This document shows positions 26,832 to 35,265 of a DNA stretch of 55,434 nt, one piece after another. The position numbers and the translations under genes were made by a program. The notes under the pieces were generated by a model. That model had not been told where the DNA came from and did not search any database. It saw only the letters and a list, made by a program, of their open reading frames with translations. The DNA comes from Bacillota bacterium (GTDB lineage Bacteria; Bacillota; DTU014), in contig JAAYAB010000052.1 of assembly GCA_012719595.1 (NCBI GenBank), positions 1 through 55,434 of the forward strand, read 5' to 3'. Position 1 is the first letter of the stretch. The number at the start of each line of letters is the position of its first letter.

Positions 26832-27647
26832 CTAGTCCTGAGGGCGCCCGAGCATGTCCAGCCATCGCAGGAGCCTGTTCGACTCAATCACAGAGGTGAA
26901 AGAGTACTTCTCGGAGGCCGCGTTGAGAGTCAGGGCTGCCGCTGCCCAGACTGGAACGAGCCACATCGGCGCAGAGTACGCTATCTGCGCACCCAAGGCA
27001 AATCCGAGCAAGTTCGACCCACCGTCACCGAGCATCGCCCGCCCTCGAAGGTCGTCGCTCAAGAAGACCACGGCTGCGAAGGACGTTGGACCGAACCTAT
27101 GCACATCTAGACCGCCCAAGACTGCCCCGAGTGCCGATACAGCGAGGTACGCCTTGATGCACCTCCCGGGGCGCAGGTCCAAGAGGTTGAAGAGATTCGC
27201 AGTAAGGGCGATCGCGCCAGCTCTGAGTAGTGTCTCCCACAGTGATCCTGAGACTGTGCGTGCGACCATGAGCGCAGCCAAAGAGACGAATACCGCCTTC
27301 AGAAGTCCTGTGCTGACGGTCATCACTCGAAGCGATTGACTGACGTGCCCCGCAAAGCCCTTGCCCGAGTCTCTGCCCGCGATGTCGTCGAATAGCCCGA
27401 CATATGCTGCAATGATCATTCCGAGCGCCAGTAGATGGTCCGGCGCGCCTTGACTCCGCACGACTGCAGCGACGCTGTGTCCGGCGATCGAGGCAAGGGC
27501 GATGACTATGCCACCGGACGGCGCGACTGCAACGCCCTTCCAGTTCGGCCGCGCGAGTCCTGATCGGTGCAGCATCGCAGAAACCGGGCGCCGCAGCAGC
27601 AGTGCAGTAGCGGCGGCTGTGGCGAGAGTGAGCGCTATTGAAAGCAT
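26832..27647 (-). CDS. MraY/WecA-like polyprenyl-phosphate sugar-phosphate transferase (GT4 family), short form
   Basis: 271-aa polytopic protein with motifs LFDDIAG, NLFNLLD and MLGDGGSN. Its start overlaps the upstream GT2 gene by 13 nt. Confidence 0.7.
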   Translation of the reverse strand: MLSIALTLATAAATALLLRRPVSAMLHRSGLARPNWKGVAVAPSGGIVIALASIAGHSVAAVVRSQGAPDHLLALGMIIAAYVGLFDDIAGRDSGKGFAGHVSQSLRVMTVSTGLLKAVFVSLAALMVARTVSGSLWETLLRAGAIALTANLFNLLDLRPGRCIKAYLAVSALGAVLGGLDVHRFGPTSFAAVVFLSDDLRGRAMLGDGGSNLLGFALGAQIAYSAPMWLVPVWAAAALTLNAASEKYSFTSVIESNRLLRWLDMLGRPQD

Positions 27648-28324
27648 AGTCTCCTGCCGATCGCAAAAGCGATGTGAACCAGTTGCCGCCCTCTATGGTA
27701 GAAGCCGTGCAGGCTCCTGCCCTGATCTCTGTTTACCATTGCGGCATCCACCTCGGAGATCCTCAATCCGTGCCGCAGGAGGTCGAGCGTCATACCAGTC
27801 TCCAACCCGTACCCGCCGTCCAGCCTGTCCAGCGCTTTGATTGATCGCCTCGACAGGGCACGCTGGCCGGACAGGACGCTCGACATGTCGATGCCGGTCA
27901 TGAACCGGACTGCGGTTCTGGCTATGGCGTTGACTATCCCGAACCCGGATCCTGAAGCCTGTCGGCGGAAGCGCGCCACTGTGACATCTGCCGCTCTCGC
28001 AACGACCGGCAACAGCAGCCGCGCAGCCTCAGCCGCTGAGTCACCGAGGTCGGCGTCTATCAGTAGGACGTATGGGCAGTCACCAACGAACCTAAGGCCG
28101 CGGCGCACAGCTGCGCCCTTCCCCTGTCGATGGGGCATTCTGACGACCAGGGCTCCCATTCTGCGAGCTCTGCACGGAGTGTCGTCTGTCGAACCATCGT
28201 CGATCACGACAACTCTGCGCAAGCCGGGCAGACTCATCACGGCTCTCAGAGTCAGTGCGATTTTGTCGCCTTCGTTATGGGCAGGCATCACTACGCCTAC
28301 ACCTCCCGGCACCCTGGGTCTCAA
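27635..28324 (-). CDS. family 2 glycosyltransferase (GT-A fold)
   Basis: Motifs VVMPAHNE, VIDDGSTD and a DxD (LIDADL). 229 aa. TTGA start/stop overlap with the upstream gene. Confidence 0.8.
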   Translation of the reverse strand: MRPRVPGGVGVVMPAHNEGDKIALTLRAVMSLPGLRRVVVIDDGSTDDTPCRARRMGALVVRMPHRQGKGAAVRRGLRFVGDCPYVLLIDADLGDSAAEAARLLLPVVARAADVTVARFRRQASGSGFGIVNAIARTAVRFMTGIDMSSVLSGQRALSRRSIKALDRLDGGYGLETGMTLDLLRHGLRISEVDAAMVNRDQGRSLHGFYHRGRQLVHIAFAIGRRLCFQ

Positions 28325-29157
28325 TCCGATGCGGCCCTCCTCTTCTCCCCGGCAAGTGCCATGACCAGGCTGTACCTGCCCGGAGCGGTGTCCAGGCCCG
28401 AGACCGCCCCGGCACCGCCGGCCTCCTCAGACAGCCTCCAAGGTTCGCCCGATGCGGTCGCAATGACAAAGAGAATGCCGCGCATCGCGAAGTCGTCGAA
28501 CAGAGGCCGAAATGCTTGCATGTGTGGTGAGGCGGAATCGATCGAATCAGAGACGACCACGACGGAATCTGCCGCGGCCTTGAGAGGGTCGTCAATCGAG
28601 AGGCATTGCGCCTCGAGCAACGCTGGCGTCACCAATGCATCGTATCCGATGATGGCCGAGTCAACCAGAGCGCGTGCAGTCAGACCTAGAGCGGTGCCAT
28701 CGACGAGCGGAGTGCCGTCGCCCGATGCAGGACCCGCATTCTCGAACACCGATCGCATTTCAGATATGGGCCGTTTCAACAGAACAATCCTGACAGAAGC
28801 TCCGGAGCCGGCGAGGACTCCTTTGACTCTTTCGATCACTCCTTGCAAAGCCGGATCTTGGGTGCCAACAACTGCGATATGCCTTCCGAACAGCCTGTTG
28901 GCGACGAGCAGAGGCAGCACTTCCTCAGCGAACGCTTCGAGCTCGCGCTTGCTCTGCTCGAGTTTGGCCATCTGAGCGCGGCTTTGTTCGTTCTGAGCGT
29001 CTAGGGCCTCAAGGTCGCTCGACAGCTTCTGAATCAGCGCATCCTGGGCACGCAGGAGATCAGGATCCTGAACCACTATCGTTCCTATGAGTATCCCGAG
29101 ACCCAGAGCCAGAAAGACCGCCACAAGGCTGACTGTATGGTACCTTATGTCAAGCAC
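28321..29157 (-). CDS. MctB/SteB-like 'copper transporter' family membrane-anchored protein
   Basis: N-terminus MLDIRYHTVSLVAVFLALGLGILIG followed by a coiled coil, typical of the MctB family as I recall it. Sits directly after a steA-like gene, as in Actinobacteria. Confidence 0.7.
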   Translation of the reverse strand: MLDIRYHTVSLVAVFLALGLGILIGTIVVQDPDLLRAQDALIQKLSSDLEALDAQNEQSRAQMAKLEQSKRELEAFAEEVLPLLVANRLFGRHIAVVGTQDPALQGVIERVKGVLAGSGASVRIVLLKRPISEMRSVFENAGPASGDGTPLVDGTALGLTARALVDSAIIGYDALVTPALLEAQCLSIDDPLKAAADSVVVVSDSIDSASPHMQAFRPLFDDFAMRGILFVIATASGEPWRLSEEAGGAGAVSGLDTAPGRYSLVMALAGEKRRAASD

Positions 29158-29178
29158 GTCGAGTTCCTCGCACCAATT

Positions 29179-30300
29179 CTAGAGCATCCGCCAGAGCACC
29201 CGAATCCGGATGATCAGAAGCTCCACGAGTTGACCCAGCCATGTCGACAGGCGAAAGACAAGAGCCATTGGAAGGAGTGCCGCAGCCACCAGAGATAGCA
29301 GCCGTATGGGCGTCACACTCGTCCTGTACAGCTTGCTCACCCCTCGCGCGTCCACCAGCCGGGTTCCCACTCTTAGCCTCACCAGAAACGTGCTTGACAT
29401 ACCTTTGCGGCCCTTCTCGAGGAAATCCACAACGTTCGAGTGGGTGCCGACTGCCACTATGAGTTCGGCTCCCTTTTCGTAAGCCATGAGCATGGCCACG
29501 TCCTCGCTGGTGCCTGGCGACGAGACTGCGTGGGCCTCGAGACCAAGCTTCCGGACTCGCTCCATTCCCGGCGCCCGTCCGTCTGGATACGCATGCACTA
29601 CAAGCTCTGACGCAAGGGCGAGGGACTTGTCAGAGACACTGTCCATGTCTCCCACTACGATGTCGGGTCTGTAGCCCAACTCGACCAGAGCATCGGCGCC
29701 CCCGTCCACGCCGATGAGCACCGGCTTGACATCGCGTATATACGAAGCTATCGCCTCGAGGTCATCTCTGTAGTTCGCGCCTCTCACGACGATCAGGCAG
29801 TGCCGCTGGTCGAGCCTGGTCTTGAGTTCCGGGAAGTCTACCTGTCCCAATGCATCAATCTCTGTGCGCACCCATTCGATCGTGTTCTCGACGAACTGCT
29901 TCAGCACCCCGGACATGCTGTCCTCAGTGCGTTTCATCACTTCCTTTACGCTCTCGAGGCTCAGCTCCCGCCCGCGGCCGATCTCCCTGCCCTGCTTGTA
30001 CACTACGCCGTCGACCACGGCCACCTCGTCTCCCTCGTGCAGTTCTGAGGCCAACTGGCCTTCGACCAGGTCGACTACGGGAACACCGGCAGAGAGCAGG
30101 ACTTTGGGCCCCTGATTCGGGTACCTGCCGGTCATGGACGGAGAGAGGTTGATGACCCCCCTGACTTTCCGCTGCACCAATGAAAGCGCCGCCACCTCAT
30201 CAATGTCTTGATGATCGATGACGGCGATCTCCATGGCGTTTATCCTTTTGCACAGCTCTTTTGTCCGGCTGTCGATCCTTACCTTGCCTTTGAACTGCAT
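29179..30300 (-). CDS. steA: SteA-like putative cytokinetic ring protein (thiamine-pyrophosphokinase-like domain, C-terminal TM)
   Basis: Motifs KVRIDSRTKEL, IAVIDHQDID, GVDGGAD and VVGDMDS, plus a C-terminal hydrophobic helix. ATG 30300 sits 8 nt after GAGGTGG. Confidence 0.75.
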   Translation of the reverse strand: MQFKGKVRIDSRTKELCKRINAMEIAVIDHQDIDEVAALSLVQRKVRGVINLSPSMTGRYPNQGPKVLLSAGVPVVDLVEGQLASELHEGDEVAVVDGVVYKQGREIGRGRELSLESVKEVMKRTEDSMSGVLKQFVENTIEWVRTEIDALGQVDFPELKTRLDQRHCLIVVRGANYRDDLEAIASYIRDVKPVLIGVDGGADALVELGYRPDIVVGDMDSVSDKSLALASELVVHAYPDGRAPGMERVRKLGLEAHAVSSPGTSEDVAMLMAYEKGAELIVAVGTHSNVVDFLEKGRKGMSSTFLVRLRVGTRLVDARGVSKLYRTSVTPIRLLSLVAAALLPMALVFRLSTWLGQLVELLIIRIRVLWRML

Positions 30301-30355
30301 CCTGTGCACCACCTCGCCGGCCTACTCAAACCGGCCAGCGTTTCAGGCGATGCAG

Positions 30356-31126
30356 TCACCGCAGCTGTCCCAGCCTGATCGTCTCAGAGACACAGGCGAT
30401 GAACTCCGAGTTGGTCGGCTTCTTCCGTGTTGAGATAGGACGGCCAAAGAACTCCTCTATGTGATCGCGTTCGCCCTTGTCCCAGATGAGTCTGATAGCA
30501 TGCCTGATCGCTCTCTCGACCCGCTGCGGAGACGTCCCGTTGTTCTGGGCCACCCCTGGGTAGAGCTCCGTTGTCACCCGTCCCCGAATGTCCGGATCGT
30601 CTATGGCCATGCCGATTGCATCGACCAGATACTTATATCCTCTCACGTGAGGTGAGAGGCCAAACCAGGACAGAAGGCGGCATACCTCGATCTCTCTGCT
30701 CTCAACCCCATGGTGTATCTGCATGCCGCGATACGGAGGACCTTGAGTTCCTTCACCCGTCAGCTGCAGTATCCGTCGAACCAGAACATCCATGTCGAAC
30801 GGCTTCACCATGTAGTAGTCCGCTCCGAGGGCTATCGCCTGCCTGGCGGTTTCCTCTCTGCCGAGAGCAGTCAGCACTATTATCTTCGGCTTCGAACTCA
30901 TGTTGCGTATGCTCTCGAGCACTCCAATGCCGTCTAGATATGGCATGATGATATCGAGAACCACCAGGTCGACATTGCTCTGATTGAGCTTGACGAGGGC
31001 GTCTTCGCCATCCGCGGCCACCCAGGCCACCTCAAGCCCAGGTTGAGACGCCACATACTCAGAGAGCATCTTTGCAAACTCGGCATTGTCCTCAACGATC
31101 CCTACTCTGACGGATCTCGCAGTCAT
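30356..31126 (-). CDS. spo0A: sporulation master response regulator Spo0A
   Basis: Receiver domain (VLDIIMPYLDG) and the Spo0A-specific C-terminal DNA-binding domain (HVRGYKYLVDAI, ELYPGVA, RVERAIRHAI, PTNSEFIA). ATG 31126 follows GGAGGG. Confidence 0.93.
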   Translation of the reverse strand: MTARSVRVGIVEDNAEFAKMLSEYVASQPGLEVAWVAADGEDALVKLNQSNVDLVVLDIIMPYLDGIGVLESIRNMSSKPKIIVLTALGREETARQAIALGADYYMVKPFDMDVLVRRILQLTGEGTQGPPYRGMQIHHGVESREIEVCRLLSWFGLSPHVRGYKYLVDAIGMAIDDPDIRGRVTTELYPGVAQNNGTSPQRVERAIRHAIRLIWDKGERDHIEEFFGRPISTRKKPTNSEFIACVSETIRLGQLR

Positions 31127-31201
31127 CGCAACGCCCTCCGCCGCTCTTGTGTCCTTAGACCGCCGGCATGTCACCGCATGCATGCCGCAGTCCGGAAGGA
31201 A

Positions 31202-31231
31202 TAGTTCGACGTACGGGCAATTCTATCCTCT
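31202..31231 (-). promoter_or_regulatory. candidate sigma-H-type promoter with an overlapping 0A-box-like CGTCGAA upstream of spo0A
   Basis: Minus strand reads AGAGGATAG (31231-31223), 12 nt, then GTCGAACTA (31210-31202), against the consensus RNAGGAWWW-N11-12-RNNGAATWW. There is one mismatch in each element. CGTCGAA (31211-31205) matches the Spo0A box TGNCGAA at 6 of 7 positions. Confidence 0.3.
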
Positions 31232-31253
31232 TGTTGCATGATTTGTTGCATGA
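31231..31253 (-). repeat. perfect tandem duplication of an 11-mer (TCATGCAACAA x2, 12-nt period) upstream of spo0A
   Basis: The plus strand has ttgttgcatga at 31231-31241 and again at 31243-31253. It abuts the candidate -35 element. Confidence 0.9.
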
Positions 31254-31285
31254 AACTGCAGTTCTCGGCCTTGGGGCGGTCACAA

Positions 31286-32659
31286 TCATGCCGCCCTGGC
31301 CGGGCTCACGTCAGCATGTGACCGGAGTTCCGCAGCGGGACCCTGAGTCTGAAGCAGCATCCATTCTGCCAGTATTCCATAGCCGCTGGTGGGATCGGAA
31401 ACAAGGACATGAGTCACTGCGCCCACCAGCTTTCCGTCTTGCACTATGGGGCTGCCGCTCATACCTTGCACTATCCCTCCTGTGCGGGCGATGAGCCGCG
31501 GGTCGGTCACGCGAATGACCAGCCCTTTCGTATCAGGTTTGGACTGCCGCTGGATCTTCTCAATGACGATATCAAACTCCTCAATCGTGGCTCCACTGAC
31601 CACTGTCAGCATCTTGGCCGGCCCCTCCCTCACCTCGGACACAGAGGCGACGGGAATGGGCTCGGAATAGATGGGGTTAGTCAGCGGAACTCGGGTCAGT
31701 CCGTAGATTCCGCAGTCGGTGTTGCGCCTGATGTCGCCTAGGACGTCCACGACGCCGTCGAAGGTCCCCATCTTCTCGCCGGGACGCCCGCTTGCTCCAT
31801 AGGACACTCCCGTGATGTATGCCCTGACGATTTGCCCGTCTGCGATGTCTGTGTCGGGCCTTCCTGTGATGTCAGTGATCGAGTGTCCAAGCGCCCCGTA
31901 TTCGCCCGTCTCAGGGCGGTAGAAAGTCAGGGTGCCGACTCCGGCTGCGCTGTCCCTCACGTACAGGCCCAGGCGGTACCGCCTTGTCCTCGCTCCCGAG
32001 ACGCCGTTGATGACGTCACAGAGAGCCGGTTTGACCGTCAGCAGGTGTTGCTGCCCTCGTCTCATGACGGTCAATGTCACGTATCTCTCACGGCCGTCTG
32101 ACAGGCGTGGAGCATTGAGCTCACGCTCCACATCCTCGACCGTATCCACAGGCACTCCGTCCACCTCGACTATGACATCGCCGATCTGTATGCCTGCGGC
32201 CTTGCCCGGGCTCACACGGCGGCCGTCCACGTCGACCAGCGAGGTGTAATCCGACACTATGACGCCTCGGGATGCGAGGAGCACTCCTATCGAGTGCCCT
32301 CCCACAACCACACTCGCCTTCGGAAACACACTCACCGCTATCCGTCTCACCGGGATCAGCCCGAAAAGCTTCATCTCGAGGTTGACTATGCCTGCCCTGA
32401 GAGGCTCGATCGAGATCTTCCTCCCCGCCTGCACCCACATATCCTCTCCGAGCACATGGTCGTTCACCTTAACGACCTGGCTCTGATCGGCGGAGATGTG
32501 GAGATCGAACGGCATCCTGGGCCCGATCGAGCCCACTTCACCTTCCACGAGACTCATGTAGACAGGGAAGCCTAGCGACTCCCGGACTTCCGGGGAGATG
32601 CACGAGATCGCCGCTATGCAAACTGCGAAGGTCAGGAAATACAGACAAACCCGTCTCAC
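31286..32659 (-). CDS. spoIVB: SpoIVB signalling serine peptidase (S55)
   Basis: N-terminal TM helix, a PDZ domain (GIQIGDVIVEVDG), and the S55 catalytic region with GMSGSPI. GTG start follows AGGAGTGG. Sits adjacent to spo0A, as in other spore formers. Confidence 0.92.
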   Translation of the reverse strand: MRRVCLYFLTFAVCIAAISCISPEVRESLGFPVYMSLVEGEVGSIGPRMPFDLHISADQSQVVKVNDHVLGEDMWVQAGRKISIEPLRAGIVNLEMKLFGLIPVRRIAVSVFPKASVVVGGHSIGVLLASRGVIVSDYTSLVDVDGRRVSPGKAAGIQIGDVIVEVDGVPVDTVEDVERELNAPRLSDGRERYVTLTVMRRGQQHLLTVKPALCDVINGVSGARTRRYRLGLYVRDSAAGVGTLTFYRPETGEYGALGHSITDITGRPDTDIADGQIVRAYITGVSYGASGRPGEKMGTFDGVVDVLGDIRRNTDCGIYGLTRVPLTNPIYSEPIPVASVSEVREGPAKMLTVVSGATIEEFDIVIEKIQRQSKPDTKGLVIRVTDPRLIARTGGIVQGMSGSPIVQDGKLVGAVTHVLVSDPTSGYGILAEWMLLQTQGPAAELRSHADVSPARAA

Positions 32660-32798
32660 TTACTACCACTCCTGTGGATAGTTCAGCTGTCAAATAGATC
32701 TCATCGTCCGCTTGCTGTGCGGAGGTCGTGGGACGGGCCGGTGAGAGAGGACGGATGAAAGCACGGCACCAGGAGCGGTCGCCGTAGCGCCGACCGCT

Positions 32799-32842
32799 GT
32801 TGCAGCTCTGGCTGCCATTGCAACTGTGGCTGTCGTCGCAAC
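32799..32842. repeat. 2.4 copies of an imperfect 18-nt tandem repeat in the rsmB-spoIVB intergenic region
   Basis: gttgcagctctggctgcc (32799-32816) and attgcaactgtggctgtc (32817-32834) share 14 of 18 positions, followed by the partial copy gtcgcaac (32835-32842). An 8-bp perfect hairpin AGCGGTCG/CGACCGCT (32774-32798) sits immediately before it. Confidence 0.85.
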
Positions 32843-32925
32843 GCTATGTTATCCGTTTGGAGACGTAGCTATGCGGCCAAAAAACTGATCGAAGTGGGGC
32901 CATGATCGCGTGATGGAAGCCACGA

Positions 32926-34287
32926 TCACGGGATGCGAGTCAGCCTTGCGATGTAGAACCCGTCAATGTTGTGAATGAATGGGAGGATGCGGACGGAATG
33001 GTCTTTTTCTCCGCGGGTGCCGCCGAGCTTGACCAATGATTCAGGCAGGTATGGGGCGATTGGAGACGGGACAAAGTCAGGGCGCTGCTCCATAAACCAC
33101 TCGACAACGCCGTCGTTTTCTTCGCGGGTAATCGTGCAGGTGCTGTAGACCAGGATTCCGCCCGGCCGAACGCACTGCGCCATCGCGCTCAGGATCGATT
33201 TCTGCAACTCGACGAGCTGCTCGATATCGGCAGGCATCCTTCGCCACCTGGCGTCCGGCCGTCGATTCAGCACTCCGAGGCCGGAGCAAGGGGCATCGAC
33301 GAGCACTGCGTGCGCCTGGTTCCGAAGGTGGTCGAGCGGCTTCGTTGCGTCATGCACCAAGGTCTCGACGCAGGACAAACCCAGCCTTGCGGCTGCTGCG
33401 TTCACGTCTCTGAGCCTGTGGTCGTGCAAATCTAGAGACAGGATCCTGCCTTGATCGTGCATCAGCTCAGCCAGATGCGTCGTCTTGCCTCCTGGTGCGG
33501 AGCAGGCGTCGATCACGAACTGTCCCGGCTGGGGATCAACGACCGGCGCGACGAGCATCGAGCTTACGTCCTGGACAGTGAGGAGCCCGTCTGTGAACTC
33601 GGGGATCTCAGACACCGCAGACGCACCGCTGAGCGTCAGGCCCACATCTGTATGAGGCGCTCTGGCGACACTAATACCGCGAGCTGTCAGTCGAGCCATA
33701 ACCCAATCCACGTCCGCCCTCAGCACGTTCACGCGGACGGTCAAAGGCGGAGTCGCATTCAGGTACTCGCAAAGCTTCACAGTCTGAGTGAATCCGTACT
33801 CTGTGAGCCACCTCGATATCATCCACCCGGGAAACGAGTGTGCAATCGACAGACCGGCGACGGGATCGTCTTCAGGCGACGGGGGAACGAGCTCGTCCAT
33901 CCTTCTCACATATGCTCTGAGAAGGCCATTGACGAACTTGGGCGCATTGCGACCGGCCACGCTCTTGCTGATGTCAACTGCTTCGTTGACCGCCGCAAAT
34001 GCTGGAATCTTGGTCAGGAAGCGGACTTGGTATATGGCAGTGCGGAGGATGTTGAGGATTCTGTAGTCAATGCTCCCCACACCTCTGGGGGCGAGAGAGT
34101 CTATTGCCCAATCTATGTAGCCTCTGTTTCTCAGGGTGCCGTAGACGATCTCGGTCACGAGCGAGCGCTCTCTGGCATCGAGCTCCGTCGCGGACAGGTG
34201 CCGGTCGAGTGCCTGGCCTGCGTACGCCCGCTTCTTGTCGACTTCGTTGAGTATCTCGACAGCCAGCCGCCGTGCGCCATGACTCAT
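32926..34287 (-). CDS. rsmB: 16S rRNA (cytosine967-C5)-methyltransferase
   Basis: N-terminal NusB-like domain and SAM methyltransferase motifs DACSAPGGKT, DAPCSGLGV and YSTCT. Follows fmt. Confidence 0.92.
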   Translation of the reverse strand: MSHGARRLAVEILNEVDKKRAYAGQALDRHLSATELDARERSLVTEIVYGTLRNRGYIDWAIDSLAPRGVGSIDYRILNILRTAIYQVRFLTKIPAFAAVNEAVDISKSVAGRNAPKFVNGLLRAYVRRMDELVPPSPEDDPVAGLSIAHSFPGWMISRWLTEYGFTQTVKLCEYLNATPPLTVRVNVLRADVDWVMARLTARGISVARAPHTDVGLTLSGASAVSEIPEFTDGLLTVQDVSSMLVAPVVDPQPGQFVIDACSAPGGKTTHLAELMHDQGRILSLDLHDHRLRDVNAAAARLGLSCVETLVHDATKPLDHLRNQAHAVLVDAPCSGLGVLNRRPDARWRRMPADIEQLVELQKSILSAMAQCVRPGGILVYSTCTITREENDGVVEWFMEQRPDFVPSPIAPYLPESLVKLGGTRGEKDHSVRILPFIHNIDGFYIARLTRIP

Positions 34288-34290
34288 ATC

Positions 34291-35265
34291 TTAACCCTGC
34301 TTCACAAGGCCGAACACGTCGCCGACCGCGATCTTGTATCCAAGGGTGAAATCGCGGGCTGACATCGGCCTGCGGTTTTCAGGCTGGAGCCGCATTATGC
34401 GGACGTGACCTCTGCCGCACCTTACCTTGATGCCATCTCTCTCAGTTCGAGGCAGCTCCAAGACGAGGCCACAGATCGGCGGCACACCTTCGTCTCCGGC
34501 CAGGGGCTCTTCAGCGACCTCCCATACCTTCAGCCTGGTATCGCCAAGGACTGTGGTTGCGCCCGGATATGGATTCAGTCCTCTGACGTGATTGCGCAGG
34601 CTTTCCGCGCTCATGCTCCAGTCTATACAGCAGTCTTCGTTGGTGAGTTTCGGCGCGTATGTAGCTTGCGAGTGATCCTGCGGGATCCTGGGAGCGGTGC
34701 CTGCCTCAATGAGATCCAGCGTCTCTACGAGCAACCGCGCTCCTTCCTGTGCAAGGACATCGTGAAGCTCGCCGGCGGTCATGTCACTGCCGATTCTCAC
34801 TCTCTTGGAGAGGATCATATCTCCGGTGTCCCAACCCTCATCCATGTACATCGTTGTGACGCCCGTGTAGTCCTGTCCGTCCATGATGGCGCGGTTTATG
34901 GGCGCCGCACCCCTGTACTCGGGAAGCAACGAGCCATGAACGTTGATGCAGCCATACTTCGGAATATCAAGGATTGACCTGGGGATCTTCTGTCCGTATG
35001 CGACGACGACGATCGCGTCAGGAGCGAGCTCCCTCAGCTGCGACACGACCTTTTTGTCAGCAATTCTCTCAGGCTGCAAGACCGGGATGCAGCACTCCTG
35101 CGACGTTCGCTTGACCGGCCCGCAGCACACCTGCATCCCGCGGCCGACCGGCCGGTCGGGCTGTGTGACTACAGCCATGACCTCATGCTTGCTCTCAAGC
35201 AGCGCCTTCAGCGATGCGTCTGCGAAATCCGGAGTTCCGACAAAGACTACTCTCAACTCTATCAC
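34291..35265 (-). CDS. fmt: methionyl-tRNA formyltransferase
   Basis: Motifs VVFVGTPDFA, HGSLLPEYRGAAPI and VTTM. 324 aa. Confidence 0.95.
   Translation of the reverse strand: MIELRVVFVGTPDFADASLKALLESKHEVMAVVTQPDRPVGRGMQVCCGPVKRTSQECCIPVLQPERIADKKVVSQLRELAPDAIVVVAYGQKIPRSILDIPKYGCINVHGSLLPEYRGAAPINRAIMDGQDYTGVTTMYMDEGWDTGDMILSKRVRIGSDMTAGELHDVLAQEGARLLVETLDLIEAGTAPRIPQDHSQATYAPKLTNEDCCIDWSMSAESLRNHVRGLNPYPGATTVLGDTRLKVWEVAEEPLAGDEGVPPICGLVLELPRTERDGIKVRCGRGHVRIMRLQPENRRPMSARDFTLGYKIAVGDVFGLVKQG

Noticed and set aside
32660-32760. A sigma-F/sigma-G promoter for spoIVB, such as GCATA ... CATAGCG ~190 nt upstream, or TTGACA at 32686-32691 (minus strand).
   Set aside because: The spacing and -10 matches to GGnnAnAHTR or CATnnTA are poor. 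The TTGACA hexamer lies too close to the RBS to have a matching -10.
32745-32887. A plus-strand Ala/Val-rich open frame (…AVAALAAIATVAVVATLCYPFGDVAMRPKN) and a minus-strand 43-codon Ala-rich ORF in the rsmB-spoIVB spacer.
   Set aside because: The plus frame has no start codon near its 5' end. The minus ORF has no SD sequence. The apparent hydrophobic peptide is a by-product of the GC-rich tandem repeat.
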